From: a virus
Virus record (IMG/VR): IMGVR_UViG_3300032335_000935
Span: 4,090-68,089 of that record
Length of the DNA: 64,000 bases
Direction: 5' to 3' (one strand)
Part shown: positions 1-9,579 of the stretch, piece after piece
Numbering within the stretch: the first letter of the stretch is position 1
How the letters are laid out: every line of letters starts with the position of its first letter
Made by a program: the position numbers and the translations under genes
Notes under the pieces: generated by a model
Databases searched by the model: none
What the model saw: only the letters and a program-made list of their open reading frames with translations
Told to the model about the DNA's origin: nothing

Positions 1-20
1 GTGGTAGGGGTTTTTTAGCA

Positions 21-230
21 TTGAATTCTGCTCGCATGGTGGACCGTACCGCTCCACAATGGCTGTTGGATACTTTTGGAAAATCAACTCCAGATCCTTT
101 GCAAGTGCAAGAATATGTGCTGGATCAACTGTCTATGCTCGACATAGATTTCCTGGTGACTGACTTGTTGATTTCTGAATATCCTGATGAAGTCATGGAC
201 GGAAATATTAGAATGGTATTTAAAAAATGA
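21..230 (+). CDS. hypothetical protein (69 aa)
   Basis: ORF track; small acidic protein; stop overlaps next start (ATGA at 227-230). Confidence 0.3.
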   Translation: MNSARMVDRTAPQWLLDTFGKSTPDPLQVQEYVLDQLSMLDIDFLVTDLLISEYPDEVMDGNIRMVFKK

Positions 231-742
231 GCATAGTAGTAACAGGTTCTGCTGGATATATTGGCGGACCTCTCAGATCCAACAATCCTGAGTATGTTGA
301 ACGTGCCCGCCGTATGGAGGCAGAGGGCAAGCTCCGGATCTATGACAACATAAGCAAGAATGAATACTATGCTCATCTCAACAACACTCGTGTGTTGTTT
401 AATTGTGCTCTACAAGATTGGGTTTCAAACACCGTATCAGAGGCCGATACTCTTGGATGCAATGTGCTATATCCTGCCTATCGCAGTTTTCCCGAAACCT
501 TCGCGAACGATCCCAATAGACTGTATATTCCTTGGAGCCTAGATGATGCCTATCACAAAATGCAAAACCTCTTGCGTGAACCGCATCACAACATGGGACT
601 TATTTCCAAATGGAACGATGGTACTGTTGATAGGATTGTTGACATACTGCTGGGCCAAGGTGAACAGTGGAATCGTGCAGGCAATCGCTATCGTGACCAT
701 GCTGCTCACGAAAAATATCAAGTGGTAAAGGTTGAGTCGTGA
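227..742 (+). CDS. hypothetical protein with N-terminal Rossmann-like VVTGSAGYIGG motif only (possible epimerase remnant fused to unrelated body)
   Basis: N-terminus MSIVVTGSAGYIGGPL resembles start of NAD-epimerases (cf. 1446 gene) but rest lacks SDR motifs. Confidence 0.4.
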   Translation: MSIVVTGSAGYIGGPLRSNNPEYVERARRMEAEGKLRIYDNISKNEYYAHLNNTRVLFNCALQDWVSNTVSEADTLGCNVLYPAYRSFPETFANDPNRLYIPWSLDDAYHKMQNLLREPHHNMGLISKWNDGTVDRIVDILLGQGEQWNRAGNRYRDHAAHEKYQVVKVES

Positions 743-1449
743 TCACACACTTTGTGACTTCGGGTTGCAGCTTTTCTGAACGTCCCGGTAACTGGCACAC
801 CTTGCTGCATGAGCGACTGGGTCGTTCCATACGTCACAGTCCATTGGGCATGAGCAGCCAGGGAAATGGCCTGGTCAGTCGGCGACTCATACATTACTGC
901 CAATATCTCATGGATCGAGGCATTGCACCAGACGAGATATTTGTGGCTGTGATGTGGAGTGGACCGGATCGGCATGACTATTACACTCGCAGTGATCCGG
1001 GCTTTTCAGGCAACACTCATGGCTGGAGTCGTAATCCTGTGCAGTTTGTTGATGGTGGCGAAGGTGCCTGGGTCATATTTAACCCACTGTGGACCATGCA
1101 CAATTGTGAAACATGGTATCGCCACTTTCATGACGACGTGGGTGCTGTGATTTCAACACTGGAGCATGTGCTGCGCACTCAGTGGTACTTGAAAAATTTA
1201 GGCATCCGCTACGTGATGTCTACATACATGAACACTGTGTTGCCAGACTGGTGTGCTGAACACCCAGACACTGCACACTTGTGGCACATGTTGGATCATG
1301 GCAGTTTTGTGCCAGTGTCGGGCATGTGGGAGTGGTGTCGTGATGCCACTGATATTGAGTTCCGAGCCGGAGACTATCATCCGGTGCCGGAACACCACAA
1401 AGCATTTGTAGAACAGGTCATGTGGCCATTTGTAAAGGAACGTATATGA
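739..1449 (+). CDS. SGNH/GDSL-like hydrolase family protein (paralog A)
   Basis: N-term TSGCSFSERPG (GDS-like block I) and C-term DYHPVPEHH (DxxH block V); paralogous to 11627, 12337, 32275 ORFs. Confidence 0.5.
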   Translation: MITHFVTSGCSFSERPGNWHTLLHERLGRSIRHSPLGMSSQGNGLVSRRLIHYCQYLMDRGIAPDEIFVAVMWSGPDRHDYYTRSDPGFSGNTHGWSRNPVQFVDGGEGAWVIFNPLWTMHNCETWYRHFHDDVGAVISTLEHVLRTQWYLKNLGIRYVMSTYMNTVLPDWCAEHPDTAHLWHMLDHGSFVPVSGMWEWCRDATDIEFRAGDYHPVPEHHKAFVEQVMWPFVKERI

Positions 1450-2393
1450 AAGTAGTTGTAACTGGAGCCGCTGGATATGTGGGCTCGCAAACTGTGTTGG
1501 CATTGAGTGATGCTGGGCACGAGGTCTTGGCCATTGATCATGTGTCGCTGCCCAAGGCTGTGAGTGCAGTGTGTGCACAGCAATTGATTCAAAACTTTGC
1601 GTCAGACACAGCCTTGGATTGGGTTCGGTATCATCAACCACAGGCTGTGATTCACTGTGCTGCCGAAAGCACTGTGGGCCCCAGCATGACCAATCCCAGC
1701 AGCTACTACGATGTCAATGTGGTAGGCACCAAGAGACTGATTGACACTGTGCGGCAAATGCCCGGCGTTAAGTTTGTGTTCTCAAGCTCGGCTGCGGTAT
1801 ACGGTGAGCCCATAATGACTCCCTGTCATGAAGTTGACCCTTGTGAACCCATTAACCCTTACGGTGAAACTAAGCTGGTGATTGAGCGACTGTTGGCCAG
1901 TTACTTCCGTGCCTATGGTCAAGAATATGTGGCTTTTAGATATTTCAACGTGGCCGGTGCTGACAGTCAAGGTCGTGCAGGGCCACATCGCGACGGCAGT
2001 CACATCATTGAACGTGCACTGCAATCAGTCACACAAGGCACCACGTTTGAACTCTACGGCACTGACTATCCCACTCGTGATGGAACTTGTGTGCGAGATT
2101 ACGTGCATGTGGAGGATGTGGCTCAAGCACATGTCATGGCCTTGAGCTCTACAATTGAGTCAGGAGTGTACAACCTTGGCAGTGACCAGGGCGTAAGCAA
2201 CCTTGAAGTGTTGGCAGCCGTTCATTGCGCAACTGGACAAGCTGTGACTGTGCAACACTGCGATCGACGTCTGGGAGATCCAGCACAACTCACAGCCAGT
2301 CCTGCCCGTTGGATTACTACTACCAAAGGTGGTTGGAAGGCTCAAGGGCTTGATAGTATGATTTCTAGTGCATGGGCCTGGTTTCAGTCATGA
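1446..2393 (+). CDS. galE: NAD-dependent UDP-sugar 4-epimerase (GalE-like)
   Basis: MKVVVTGAAGYVGS Rossmann motif, SSSAAVYG, YGETK catalytic YxxxK; RBS AAGGA 7 nt upstream; ATGA overlap with previous gene. Confidence 0.8.
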   Translation: MKVVVTGAAGYVGSQTVLALSDAGHEVLAIDHVSLPKAVSAVCAQQLIQNFASDTALDWVRYHQPQAVIHCAAESTVGPSMTNPSSYYDVNVVGTKRLIDTVRQMPGVKFVFSSSAAVYGEPIMTPCHEVDPCEPINPYGETKLVIERLLASYFRAYGQEYVAFRYFNVAGADSQGRAGPHRDGSHIIERALQSVTQGTTFELYGTDYPTRDGTCVRDYVHVEDVAQAHVMALSSTIESGVYNLGSDQGVSNLEVLAAVHCATGQAVTVQHCDRRLGDPAQLTASPARWITTTKGGWKAQGLDSMISSAWAWFQS

Positions 2394-3514
2394 CATACAG
2401 CGTACACCAACACTGGGATCCATTAAGGGTGTGCGTTGTTGGTCGCAGTTGGAATCCTGAATTCTACTCATGGATCAAGGTTCCGCATGTGCGACACTTG
2501 TTTGAGCGCATTGCCGAAGAAACTGAGGAGGATTATCAAAATCTCATTGCTAAGTTAGAGAGCTTTGGCGTCAAGATATTGCGACCTACCATGCCTGAAC
2601 CATTCAAACACGGGCGATATACCATACCTCCTATGTCACCTAGAGACCACATGGTAATGATTGGAGATAAACTATATCGCAATAGTAGCGATTGGGATTG
2701 GTTTTACAAAAAAGTCAAAGATGACGCTTGGCCCAACGCACTGTTTAACCAGTTACCTAGCCATATACAAGAAGAGTGCATAAATGTGCATGGCTGGAAA
2801 ACGGATCAAGCTGATTATGCATATGACCGTTGTTACGCTGATATTTTTAAACATGTACGAGAACAAGGAAATCAGATTGTAGACGGATATGCATTTTCCA
2901 ATGGAGCCATGACTTCTCGGGTAGGTAAAGATCTTTATATAGGTACTTGGCTAATAGATGAGAACATTGAAGTTCTCAAAAAACAAACACAAGAACAATA
3001 TCCCAATCATCGAACTCATGTAATACACACCGTTGGGCACACCGACGGTACTTTTTGTCCAGTTGCTCCTGGACTAATAATCAGTCTCATGGATGGTCCC
3101 ACATATGAAAACACCTTTCCGGGCTGGGAGGTAGTGAATTTACAAGGACAAAGCTGGGAACAAATTGGGCCTTTTCTAACACTCAAACACAAAAATCACG
3201 GCAAATGGTGGATCCCGGGGTTTGAATACGATCAAGATGTAGTCAACGTAGTAGAAACATGGTTGAGTCACTGGACTGGTTATGTTGAAGAAACAGTGTT
3301 TGATGTCAACATGTTGATTGTGGACCCAAAAAATGTCATAGTGTTTAATCACAACGACAAAGTATTCAAAGCATTTGCTCGATATGGCATAACACCGCAC
3401 GTGGTGCCATTTAGACACAGGTATTTTTGGGATGGAGGTATACACTGCATCACTACTGATCTAGATCGACAAGGTACACAACAAGACTATTTTCCCGAAA
3501 GAAATCATGTTTGA
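2390..3514 (+). CDS. amidinotransferase-family protein
   Basis: N-term WDPLRVCVVGRSW, HTD motif, C-terminal GGIHCITTDL (Cys nucleophile context typical of amidinotransferase/arginine deiminase superfamily); ATGA overlap. Confidence 0.65.
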   Translation: MTYSVHQHWDPLRVCVVGRSWNPEFYSWIKVPHVRHLFERIAEETEEDYQNLIAKLESFGVKILRPTMPEPFKHGRYTIPPMSPRDHMVMIGDKLYRNSSDWDWFYKKVKDDAWPNALFNQLPSHIQEECINVHGWKTDQADYAYDRCYADIFKHVREQGNQIVDGYAFSNGAMTSRVGKDLYIGTWLIDENIEVLKKQTQEQYPNHRTHVIHTVGHTDGTFCPVAPGLIISLMDGPTYENTFPGWEVVNLQGQSWEQIGPFLTLKHKNHGKWWIPGFEYDQDVVNVVETWLSHWTGYVEETVFDVNMLIVDPKNVIVFNHNDKVFKAFARYGITPHVVPFRHRYFWDGGIHCITTDLDRQGTQQDYFPERNHV

Positions 3515-4112
3515 TGAAATTTTTGAATTTGAACAGGACCTAGCTCGCTTTACCGGCGCACCCTATGCAGTCATGACTGATTGTTGCACACATGCCATTG
3601 AGCTGTGCCTGCGCTATGATAATATTCGGCAGTGCAGTTTTACTCCATTTACCTATGTCAGTGTGCCCATGACTATGGTCAAACTGGGCATTGATTTTGA
3701 TTACTTTCCTGATCACTTGCCACATCGGCAGCAGTGGGTAGGCGAGTACAAGTTTGAAGCCACTCGTATCTGGGACAGTGCTCGCAGACTAGAACCCAAC
3801 ATGTATCGGCCTGGACAGATGCAATGTTTAAGTTTTGGTTTCAGCAAACCCATTGACATCAATCGTGGCGGTGCTATACTATTGGATGACCGAGAAGCCT
3901 GGCAGAAGCTGAGTCAAATGCGCAGTGACGGAAGAGATCTACGAATCTCACCTTGGGAGAAACAAACAGTCATGGAACTGGGTTTTCACTATCGCCCCAC
4001 CATAGAAGAAGCTCGTCGTGCACAAGCAGCCCTGGATCTCTATCAACAAAATCCACAGCCACCACGAGCAGTGAATTACCCAGACTGTCGTAATATTTTT
4101 ATTAAATCTTGA
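3507..4112 (+). CDS. hypothetical protein
   Basis: ORF track, 201 aa, no recognisable motif. Confidence 0.45.
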   Translation: MFDEIFEFEQDLARFTGAPYAVMTDCCTHAIELCLRYDNIRQCSFTPFTYVSVPMTMVKLGIDFDYFPDHLPHRQQWVGEYKFEATRIWDSARRLEPNMYRPGQMQCLSFGFSKPIDINRGGAILLDDREAWQKLSQMRSDGRDLRISPWEKQTVMELGFHYRPTIEEARRAQAALDLYQQNPQPPRAVNYPDCRNIFIKS

Positions 4113-4137
4113 CGCGGCTGTCTAAATACTGTATAAT
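4109..4137 (+). promoter_or_regulatory. sigma70-like promoter (TTGACG-N17-TATAAT); folE ATG lies about 7 nt after -10 (leaderless?)
   Basis: ttgacg 4109-4114, 17-nt spacer, tataat 4132-4137. Confidence 0.55.
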
Positions 4138-4143
4138 TGAATC

Positions 4144-5001
4144 ATGGACATCCTCGTCCCAAACTCGGAGAACAACTTGACCAAAGAATTTATACCAGAC
4201 CCCGTAATCAACGGTTCCGATAATCGAAAGTTTGTCAAAGACGAATATACACCGTTGGGCAAAGAAGTGTATGTAAAAGCCGGAGACGATATGAGCGACA
4301 AAGGCTACGAAGAAGCATATCTTTCAGATGTAATCCGTGCTAGAATGAAACGAGATAGTAAAAGATTCTGGGCTGGCGATAACATCTCAGATTACTTACA
4401 CGAAACAGACAAAGAACATTTGATAAACGAAGCTACAGAAGCATTTGAACTGGTGCTTGATCGTTTGCTGATTGATCGAGACTCAGATCCCAACAGTCAT
4501 GGCACAGCTCGACGACTGGCCAAGATGTACTTTAACGAAATCATGGCAGGTAGGTATGAACCCAGACCCGATGCAACATCATTCCCCAACAACTCGCAGG
4601 ACCGTTACGAAGGTATGCTGGTGGTTCGTAGCGAGTTGCGCAGCATGTGCAGTCATCATCACCAACCCGTGGCTGGTGTTGCTTATATTGGCATTATTGC
4701 CGCTCAGCACCTCATCGGTCTTTCAAAATATACACGCATCGCACAGTGGTGTGCGCGACGAGGCACCCTCCAGGAGGAGCTTTGTAACGACATTGCTCGA
4801 GAAATTGAGAGGGCCACAGGGGCCACGGACCTAGGTGTGTATATTCAGGCCACACATGGTTGCTGTGAAAATCGCGGCATCATGGCACACAGCAGTCTTA
4901 CACAGACCACAGTGCTTCGGGGTGCATTCCGCACAGATCCTGCTGTGAAAAAAGAGTTTTTTGACAACATCAAGCTTCAGCAAGACTGGGCACCACGCTA
5001 A
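4144..5001 (+). CDS. folE: GTP cyclohydrolase I
   Basis: SMCSHHHQPV...YIGIIAAQHLIGLSKYTRIAQWCARR matches FolE zinc-site/active-site segments (CEHH-like, GLSK..R..Q). Confidence 0.9.
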   Translation: MDILVPNSENNLTKEFIPDPVINGSDNRKFVKDEYTPLGKEVYVKAGDDMSDKGYEEAYLSDVIRARMKRDSKRFWAGDNISDYLHETDKEHLINEATEAFELVLDRLLIDRDSDPNSHGTARRLAKMYFNEIMAGRYEPRPDATSFPNNSQDRYEGMLVVRSELRSMCSHHHQPVAGVAYIGIIAAQHLIGLSKYTRIAQWCARRGTLQEELCNDIAREIERATGATDLGVYIQATHGCCENRGIMAHSSLTQTTVLRGAFRTDPAVKKEFFDNIKLQQDWAPR

Positions 5002-5013
5002 CAAGGAGATACT

Positions 5014-5700
5014 ATGTACGCAGATACTTTGGGAACTTACCGCTCGGCTTCGGCTCTAAATCAGGCCATGAGCCGAGTATACGGTCACATGATGTTGGCC
5101 GTGATCACCAGCATGCTGGTAGCTGGTTTGGTCAGCGGCAGCGCCGCGCTGATGGCATTCTTTTTCACTGGCTTCATGAAGTGGGTCACTATCTTTGCAC
5201 CTTTGGTGGCAGTGTTTGGTGTCACCATTGCACTCAATGCAAGGCCGCCCTTGGCCATGGCCACTGCACTGTTACATGGCTTTGCAGCCATCATGGGCTT
5301 GAGCTTTGCCAGTATTTTTGTGGTGTTCAACCTAGGCAGTGTGATCAGTGCTTTCATGGGCGCCGCAGTGTTGTTTGCTGTGATGAGTGGTTATGGTTAC
5401 TTTACCAAACAGAATCTTGACACTGTGGGCCGATATGCTTTTGTGGCCTTGATTGCCATTGTTGTGGTCAGCATCATCAACTTGTTTTTGGGCAGTTCAG
5501 TACTGCAAATGATTGTCAGTGCCATTGCTATCTTGGTGTTTTTGGCACTCACGGCCTATGACACTCAACAAATTCGTGAGAGCTTGAGTTCAGACTCGGC
5601 TGGACACACAGAAGAAATCTGCGGTGCACTGAGCTTGTATTTGGATTTTATCAACATCTTCCTGAGTCTTCTGCAATTGTTTGGTGAACGCAAGGAATAA
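5014..5700 (+). CDS. BAX inhibitor-1 / YccA (TMBIM) family membrane protein
   Basis: 7 predicted TM helices; C-terminal LSLYLDFINIFLSLLQLFGERKE matches BI-1/YccA signature. Confidence 0.75.
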   Translation: MYADTLGTYRSASALNQAMSRVYGHMMLAVITSMLVAGLVSGSAALMAFFFTGFMKWVTIFAPLVAVFGVTIALNARPPLAMATALLHGFAAIMGLSFASIFVVFNLGSVISAFMGAAVLFAVMSGYGYFTKQNLDTVGRYAFVALIAIVVVSIINLFLGSSVLQMIVSAIAILVFLALTAYDTQQIRESLSSDSAGHTEEICGALSLYLDFINIFLSLLQLFGERKE

Positions 5701-5702
5701 AC

Positions 5703-6098
5703 ATGACTGATCTTGATCAAGCACACCACAGTGGTGTAGCACCCTGGGATCTCAAAGTTGAAAGACTCAGTGACTATCATGTTGCAGTGTTTGAGGATCG
5801 ATTTCCAGTAACTCGTGGACATTTGTTGTTTGTTCCTGAATACAACAACGATGATATCATTGCAGAATGTTTTGAGGCTGCCTTGCGCGAGGGTCGCAGA
5901 CTGGTCACAGCTGGCGAATGCACTGCATTCAACATTGGTATCAACATGGGCTATGACGCTGGTCAAACTGTGATGTATCCACATGTGCACCTCATACCCA
6001 GACGTTCTGGAGACACAGCCAATCCTGTAGGCGGTGTACGTGGAGTGATCTTTGGGCAGGCCAATTATCGCTCAGGCGGCTACGAACTGCCTAAATAA
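5703..6098 (+). CDS. HIT-like (histidine-triad-like) domain protein
   Basis: TRGHLLFVP and YPHVHLIP resemble HIT/GalT half-motifs (only two His in triad position); assignment tentative. Confidence 0.4.
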   Translation: MTDLDQAHHSGVAPWDLKVERLSDYHVAVFEDRFPVTRGHLLFVPEYNNDDIIAECFEAALREGRRLVTAGECTAFNIGINMGYDAGQTVMYPHVHLIPRRSGDTANPVGGVRGVIFGQANYRSGGYELPK

Positions 6099-6176
6099 TC
6101 TCACAGCGGCCTGTCCGGCAATCACCCCGCTATACAAATTCTGCTTGCCTATGCTATACTAACATAGGAGGACGTT

Positions 6177-6716
6177 ATGGCAAAATTTTTATCTACCAAG
6201 ACTTACGGCAATGACCGTGGACTCAGCTGCTGCTTCCGTCAATGGCGCAGTCGACACAGTCATTGCAGTCTGTTGCACGGCTACTCAATTGGTATCCGAC
6301 TGGTGTTTGAAAGCGATACCTTAGATGACCGCAACTGGGTCATGGACTTTGGTGGCCTCAAGGCCTTCAAGGAGTGGAGCGAATACATGTTTGATCACAC
6401 CTTGCTCGTTACTCGAGATGACCCACATTATCAAATGTTTGTGAGCATGAGTGACCTGGGCCTGCAGGATCGCGGCGGCGTTTGTGACCTGCGCACTGTG
6501 GATGCTGTGGGTTGTGAAAAGTTTGCTGAGTTGGCCTATCAAGAAATGAACAAAATTTTGGAAAAGTTCAAGGCTGACGAACGCTATGAGTTCTACGATA
6601 GCCGCGTCAAAGAAAAACGTGGTTTCAGTGCACGTTATCCAGTGGGCGAATCAGTGCGCCTGCGCAGCGTAGAAGTATTTGAGCACAGCGGTAACTCGGC
6701 TACTTACGAAGGATGA
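6177..6716 (+). CDS. queD: 6-carboxytetrahydropterin synthase / PTPS-family protein (QueD-like)
   Basis: CCFRQWRSRHSHCSLLHGYSIG resembles PTPS Cys..HGH zinc/active-site region; good RBS AGGAGG upstream; adjacent to folE/queE. Confidence 0.55.
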   Translation: MAKFLSTKTYGNDRGLSCCFRQWRSRHSHCSLLHGYSIGIRLVFESDTLDDRNWVMDFGGLKAFKEWSEYMFDHTLLVTRDDPHYQMFVSMSDLGLQDRGGVCDLRTVDAVGCEKFAELAYQEMNKILEKFKADERYEFYDSRVKEKRGFSARYPVGESVRLRSVEVFEHSGNSATYEG

Positions 6717-6719
6717 TGC

Positions 6720-7559
6720 ATGAACACTCAGTTTGATATTGCCATATTGTTGGCCACCCGTGGCCGTCAAGAGCCCTTGATGCGCAGTCTACAAAGTTTG
6801 GTGGATCTAGCCGACAATGCCAAACGCATTCAATTCATGCTGGCATTTGATCGCGACGACGCTGTGGGACTTGACTATTTTGTGAGCACTGTACAACCTT
6901 GGATGGACCAACAAGGTTTGCGATATCATGCTGAGGTGTTTGAGCCCATGGGCTACATTAACCTGCACAAATACAACAATGCCATGGCTGCCAAAACTGC
7001 CAGTGACTGGCTGGTGATCTGGAACGACGATGCTGTGATGGAGACCCAAGGCTGGGACACAGTTATTGCCAGTTACACTGGGCAGTTCCAGCTGTTGGCA
7101 TTTCATACGCATCGTGATCACCCCTACTCAATTTTTCCCATAGTGCCTCGAGCATGGTTTGATCTATTGGGCTACATTTCTCCGCACCCCACGCAAGACG
7201 GTTGGGTCAGCCAGCAGGCATACATGTTGGATATCTGGCAACGTATCCCAGTCAACGTGTTGCATGATCGTTATGATCTCACTGGCAACAATGCAGACGA
7301 AACATTTAGAAACCGTCCCATGCTAGAAGGCAAGCCCACAGACCCCAGAGATTTTCACAGCCAACAAATGATCGAGTTGCGGCACCAGGACTGTGGCAAG
7401 CTGGCTGCATACATGGTCAGTCAAGGACTCAGCATTGAATTTTTTGAAAATATCTTTCGTGGTATGCAGAATCCTTGGGAAAAATTGGCTCAAAACGATG
7501 TAAACGGACAAATGGTTCAGTTTCGAAACCCACATGCGCACTTTGCGGCGAGTAAATAA
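6720..7559 (+). CDS. hypothetical protein (279 aa)
   Basis: ORF track; no clear motif. Confidence 0.45.
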   Translation: MNTQFDIAILLATRGRQEPLMRSLQSLVDLADNAKRIQFMLAFDRDDAVGLDYFVSTVQPWMDQQGLRYHAEVFEPMGYINLHKYNNAMAAKTASDWLVIWNDDAVMETQGWDTVIASYTGQFQLLAFHTHRDHPYSIFPIVPRAWFDLLGYISPHPTQDGWVSQQAYMLDIWQRIPVNVLHDRYDLTGNNADETFRNRPMLEGKPTDPRDFHSQQMIELRHQDCGKLAAYMVSQGLSIEFFENIFRGMQNPWEKLAQNDVNGQMVQFRNPHAHFAASK

Positions 7560-7562
7560 CTG

Positions 7563-9575
7563 ATGACATACAAAATTGCCTGGGTGCAGCCAAATTTCCA
7601 ACAAGGCCCCAAAGAATTCAACGCTCACTATCTGCCCTACTCAGCTGGTGTAATCTGGAGCTATGCTCGCACCGATGACTGGGTACGTGACAACTTTGAG
7701 CTCACTGACATGGTATGGCGGCGCGATGCTGTGGAGCCTTTGGCTCAACAACTCAGTGTCAACAACGTGGTGGCTTTCAGCACCTATGTGTGGAACCATC
7801 AGTACAACTACACCTTGGCTCGCAGAGTCAAAGAGCTCAACCCTGACTGCTTGATTGTGTTTGGTGGACCTGAGCCTGCCATCACTGATCCTGATTTGTT
7901 TCGCAAAGAACCCTACATGGATCTAGTGATTTGCTTCGAGGGTGAGATTACATTTCGCGAATTGTTGCGTAACTTTGAACGACGAAACTGGGAAAACATT
8001 CCGGGTCTGTTGATCAATTGTTCAGGCGAAGCTGTAAAAACCCCCGACGCTCGACGCATTGAAACCTTGGAGGAAGTGCCCAGTCCCTATCTCACAGGTG
8101 TGTTTGATGACATCATGGCACGTAATCCTGATGTAGAATGGAACGGCACACTGGAAACCAATCGTGGCTGCCCGTTTGCTTGTACGTTTTGTGACTGGGG
8201 ATCGTTGACCTACAACAAGGTCAAACACTTTGGTCTGGAACGAGTGTTTGAAGAGCTGGAGTGGATGGCCAAGCATCGCTGCGGTTTTATTTCCATCACT
8301 GACGCCAACTTTGGCATGTTCCCCGAGCGTGACAACATGATTGCTGACAAGATCATTGAAGTTCAAGAGCGTTATGGTTATCCCAAAACATTCAGTGTGG
8401 CCTGGGCCAAGAACCAAAAGCGCGAAGTAGTGGACATTGTAAAGAAGCTGTTGGACGCACCAGGCTTTAATCAAGGCCTGACCTTGAGTGTGCAGAGTCT
8501 GGATGTGGACGTTCTTGAAAACATTCGTCGCAAAAACATGGAAATGAACAAGCTAGAGGAAGTGTTTGAACTTTGTGAGCAGCGCAACATTCCCACTTAC
8601 ACCGAACTGATTCTAGGCTTGCCAGGGGAGACCTTGCAAGGCTGGAAAGACAACTTCTGGCGACTGTTCCGCATGGGCAATCATACTGGGCTCACGGTGT
8701 TCCAGGCCCAGATGCTGGAAAATGCCGAGATGAATCTGTTGCAAAAGAAGATGTTCCGCATCACAGCCACCAGAGTCACAGACTACTTCTCGGGCAGCTA
8801 CTCAAACGAACACATTGAAGAAGGCATTGACATTGTGACCAGTACTCGGGACTTACCACCTGAGACCATGTTGGATGCTGAAGTGTTTTCATGGTACATC
8901 AACACATTCCACATCAATGGTGTAAGCACATTGCTGAGTCGACTGGTGTACAAGTATCTGGGCATTGACTACAGCAACTTTTATGAAGACCTGTTTGAAT
9001 TTCTCAAACAAGACTCTTGGTTTGCACGTGAGATGCAAGAGGTGCGTCAATACTATGCCAACTGGATGAGTGACGGACGTATACGTCATCCCAATATTGG
9101 TGGCATTGAGATCCACGGCTGGAACCTCATACACCGTAGCATTCTCAACATGCACGTGGACAACCAGTACGACAACATTTTTGCGTTGCTGGCCCAGTTC
9201 ATGGCTCGTTATGACTTGCCGCAGGATCTACTGGATGATGCTATGCAGTTCCAACGTAGGTATCTCATTGCCTACAACGATCGACATCAGTATCCCATGC
9301 AACTAGAACTGAACCACAATCTTTGGGATTACCTTACTTTTGATCGACCGTTAGAACAGGGTCGTTGTGTGTATAACTTGGACTTCCCCGAGGACAAGAA
9401 CATGAGCTTCCCGCGCTTTCTCGAACTGTTTTATTTTGCCCGACGACGCAACTTTGGCAAAGCCATGGTAGAATTGGTAGATGGCAACACTAACGGAGCC
9501 CGACGTGGCGAGGCTGCATCGCGAGCATCTGGACAAACCACTGTTGCATTAACCACCATACCGGTAGTACAATAA
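7563..9575 (+). CDS. B12-binding-domain radical SAM enzyme
   Basis: N-terminal B12-binding-like region (LIVFGGPEP), NRGCPFACTFCDWG = Cx3Cx2C radical-SAM cluster motif; 670 aa. Confidence 0.75.
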   Translation: MTYKIAWVQPNFQQGPKEFNAHYLPYSAGVIWSYARTDDWVRDNFELTDMVWRRDAVEPLAQQLSVNNVVAFSTYVWNHQYNYTLARRVKELNPDCLIVFGGPEPAITDPDLFRKEPYMDLVICFEGEITFRELLRNFERRNWENIPGLLINCSGEAVKTPDARRIETLEEVPSPYLTGVFDDIMARNPDVEWNGTLETNRGCPFACTFCDWGSLTYNKVKHFGLERVFEELEWMAKHRCGFISITDANFGMFPERDNMIADKIIEVQERYGYPKTFSVAWAKNQKREVVDIVKKLLDAPGFNQGLTLSVQSLDVDVLENIRRKNMEMNKLEEVFELCEQRNIPTYTELILGLPGETLQGWKDNFWRLFRMGNHTGLTVFQAQMLENAEMNLLQKKMFRITATRVTDYFSGSYSNEHIEEGIDIVTSTRDLPPETMLDAEVFSWYINTFHINGVSTLLSRLVYKYLGIDYSNFYEDLFEFLKQDSWFAREMQEVRQYYANWMSDGRIRHPNIGGIEIHGWNLIHRSILNMHVDNQYDNIFALLAQFMARYDLPQDLLDDAMQFQRRYLIAYNDRHQYPMQLELNHNLWDYLTFDRPLEQGRCVYNLDFPEDKNMSFPRFLELFYFARRRNFGKAMVELVDGNTNGARRGEAASRASGQTTVALTTIPVVQ

Positions 9576-9579
9576 AGCT

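Noticed and set aside
4472-4834. 120-aa alternative-frame ORF inside folE
   Set aside because: Embedded in a strongly supported FolE reading frame
5703-6098. Calling the 131-aa protein a bona fide HIT hydrolase or GalT
   Set aside because: Only two of three His of the triad are present (HVHLI); kept as HIT-like with low confidence
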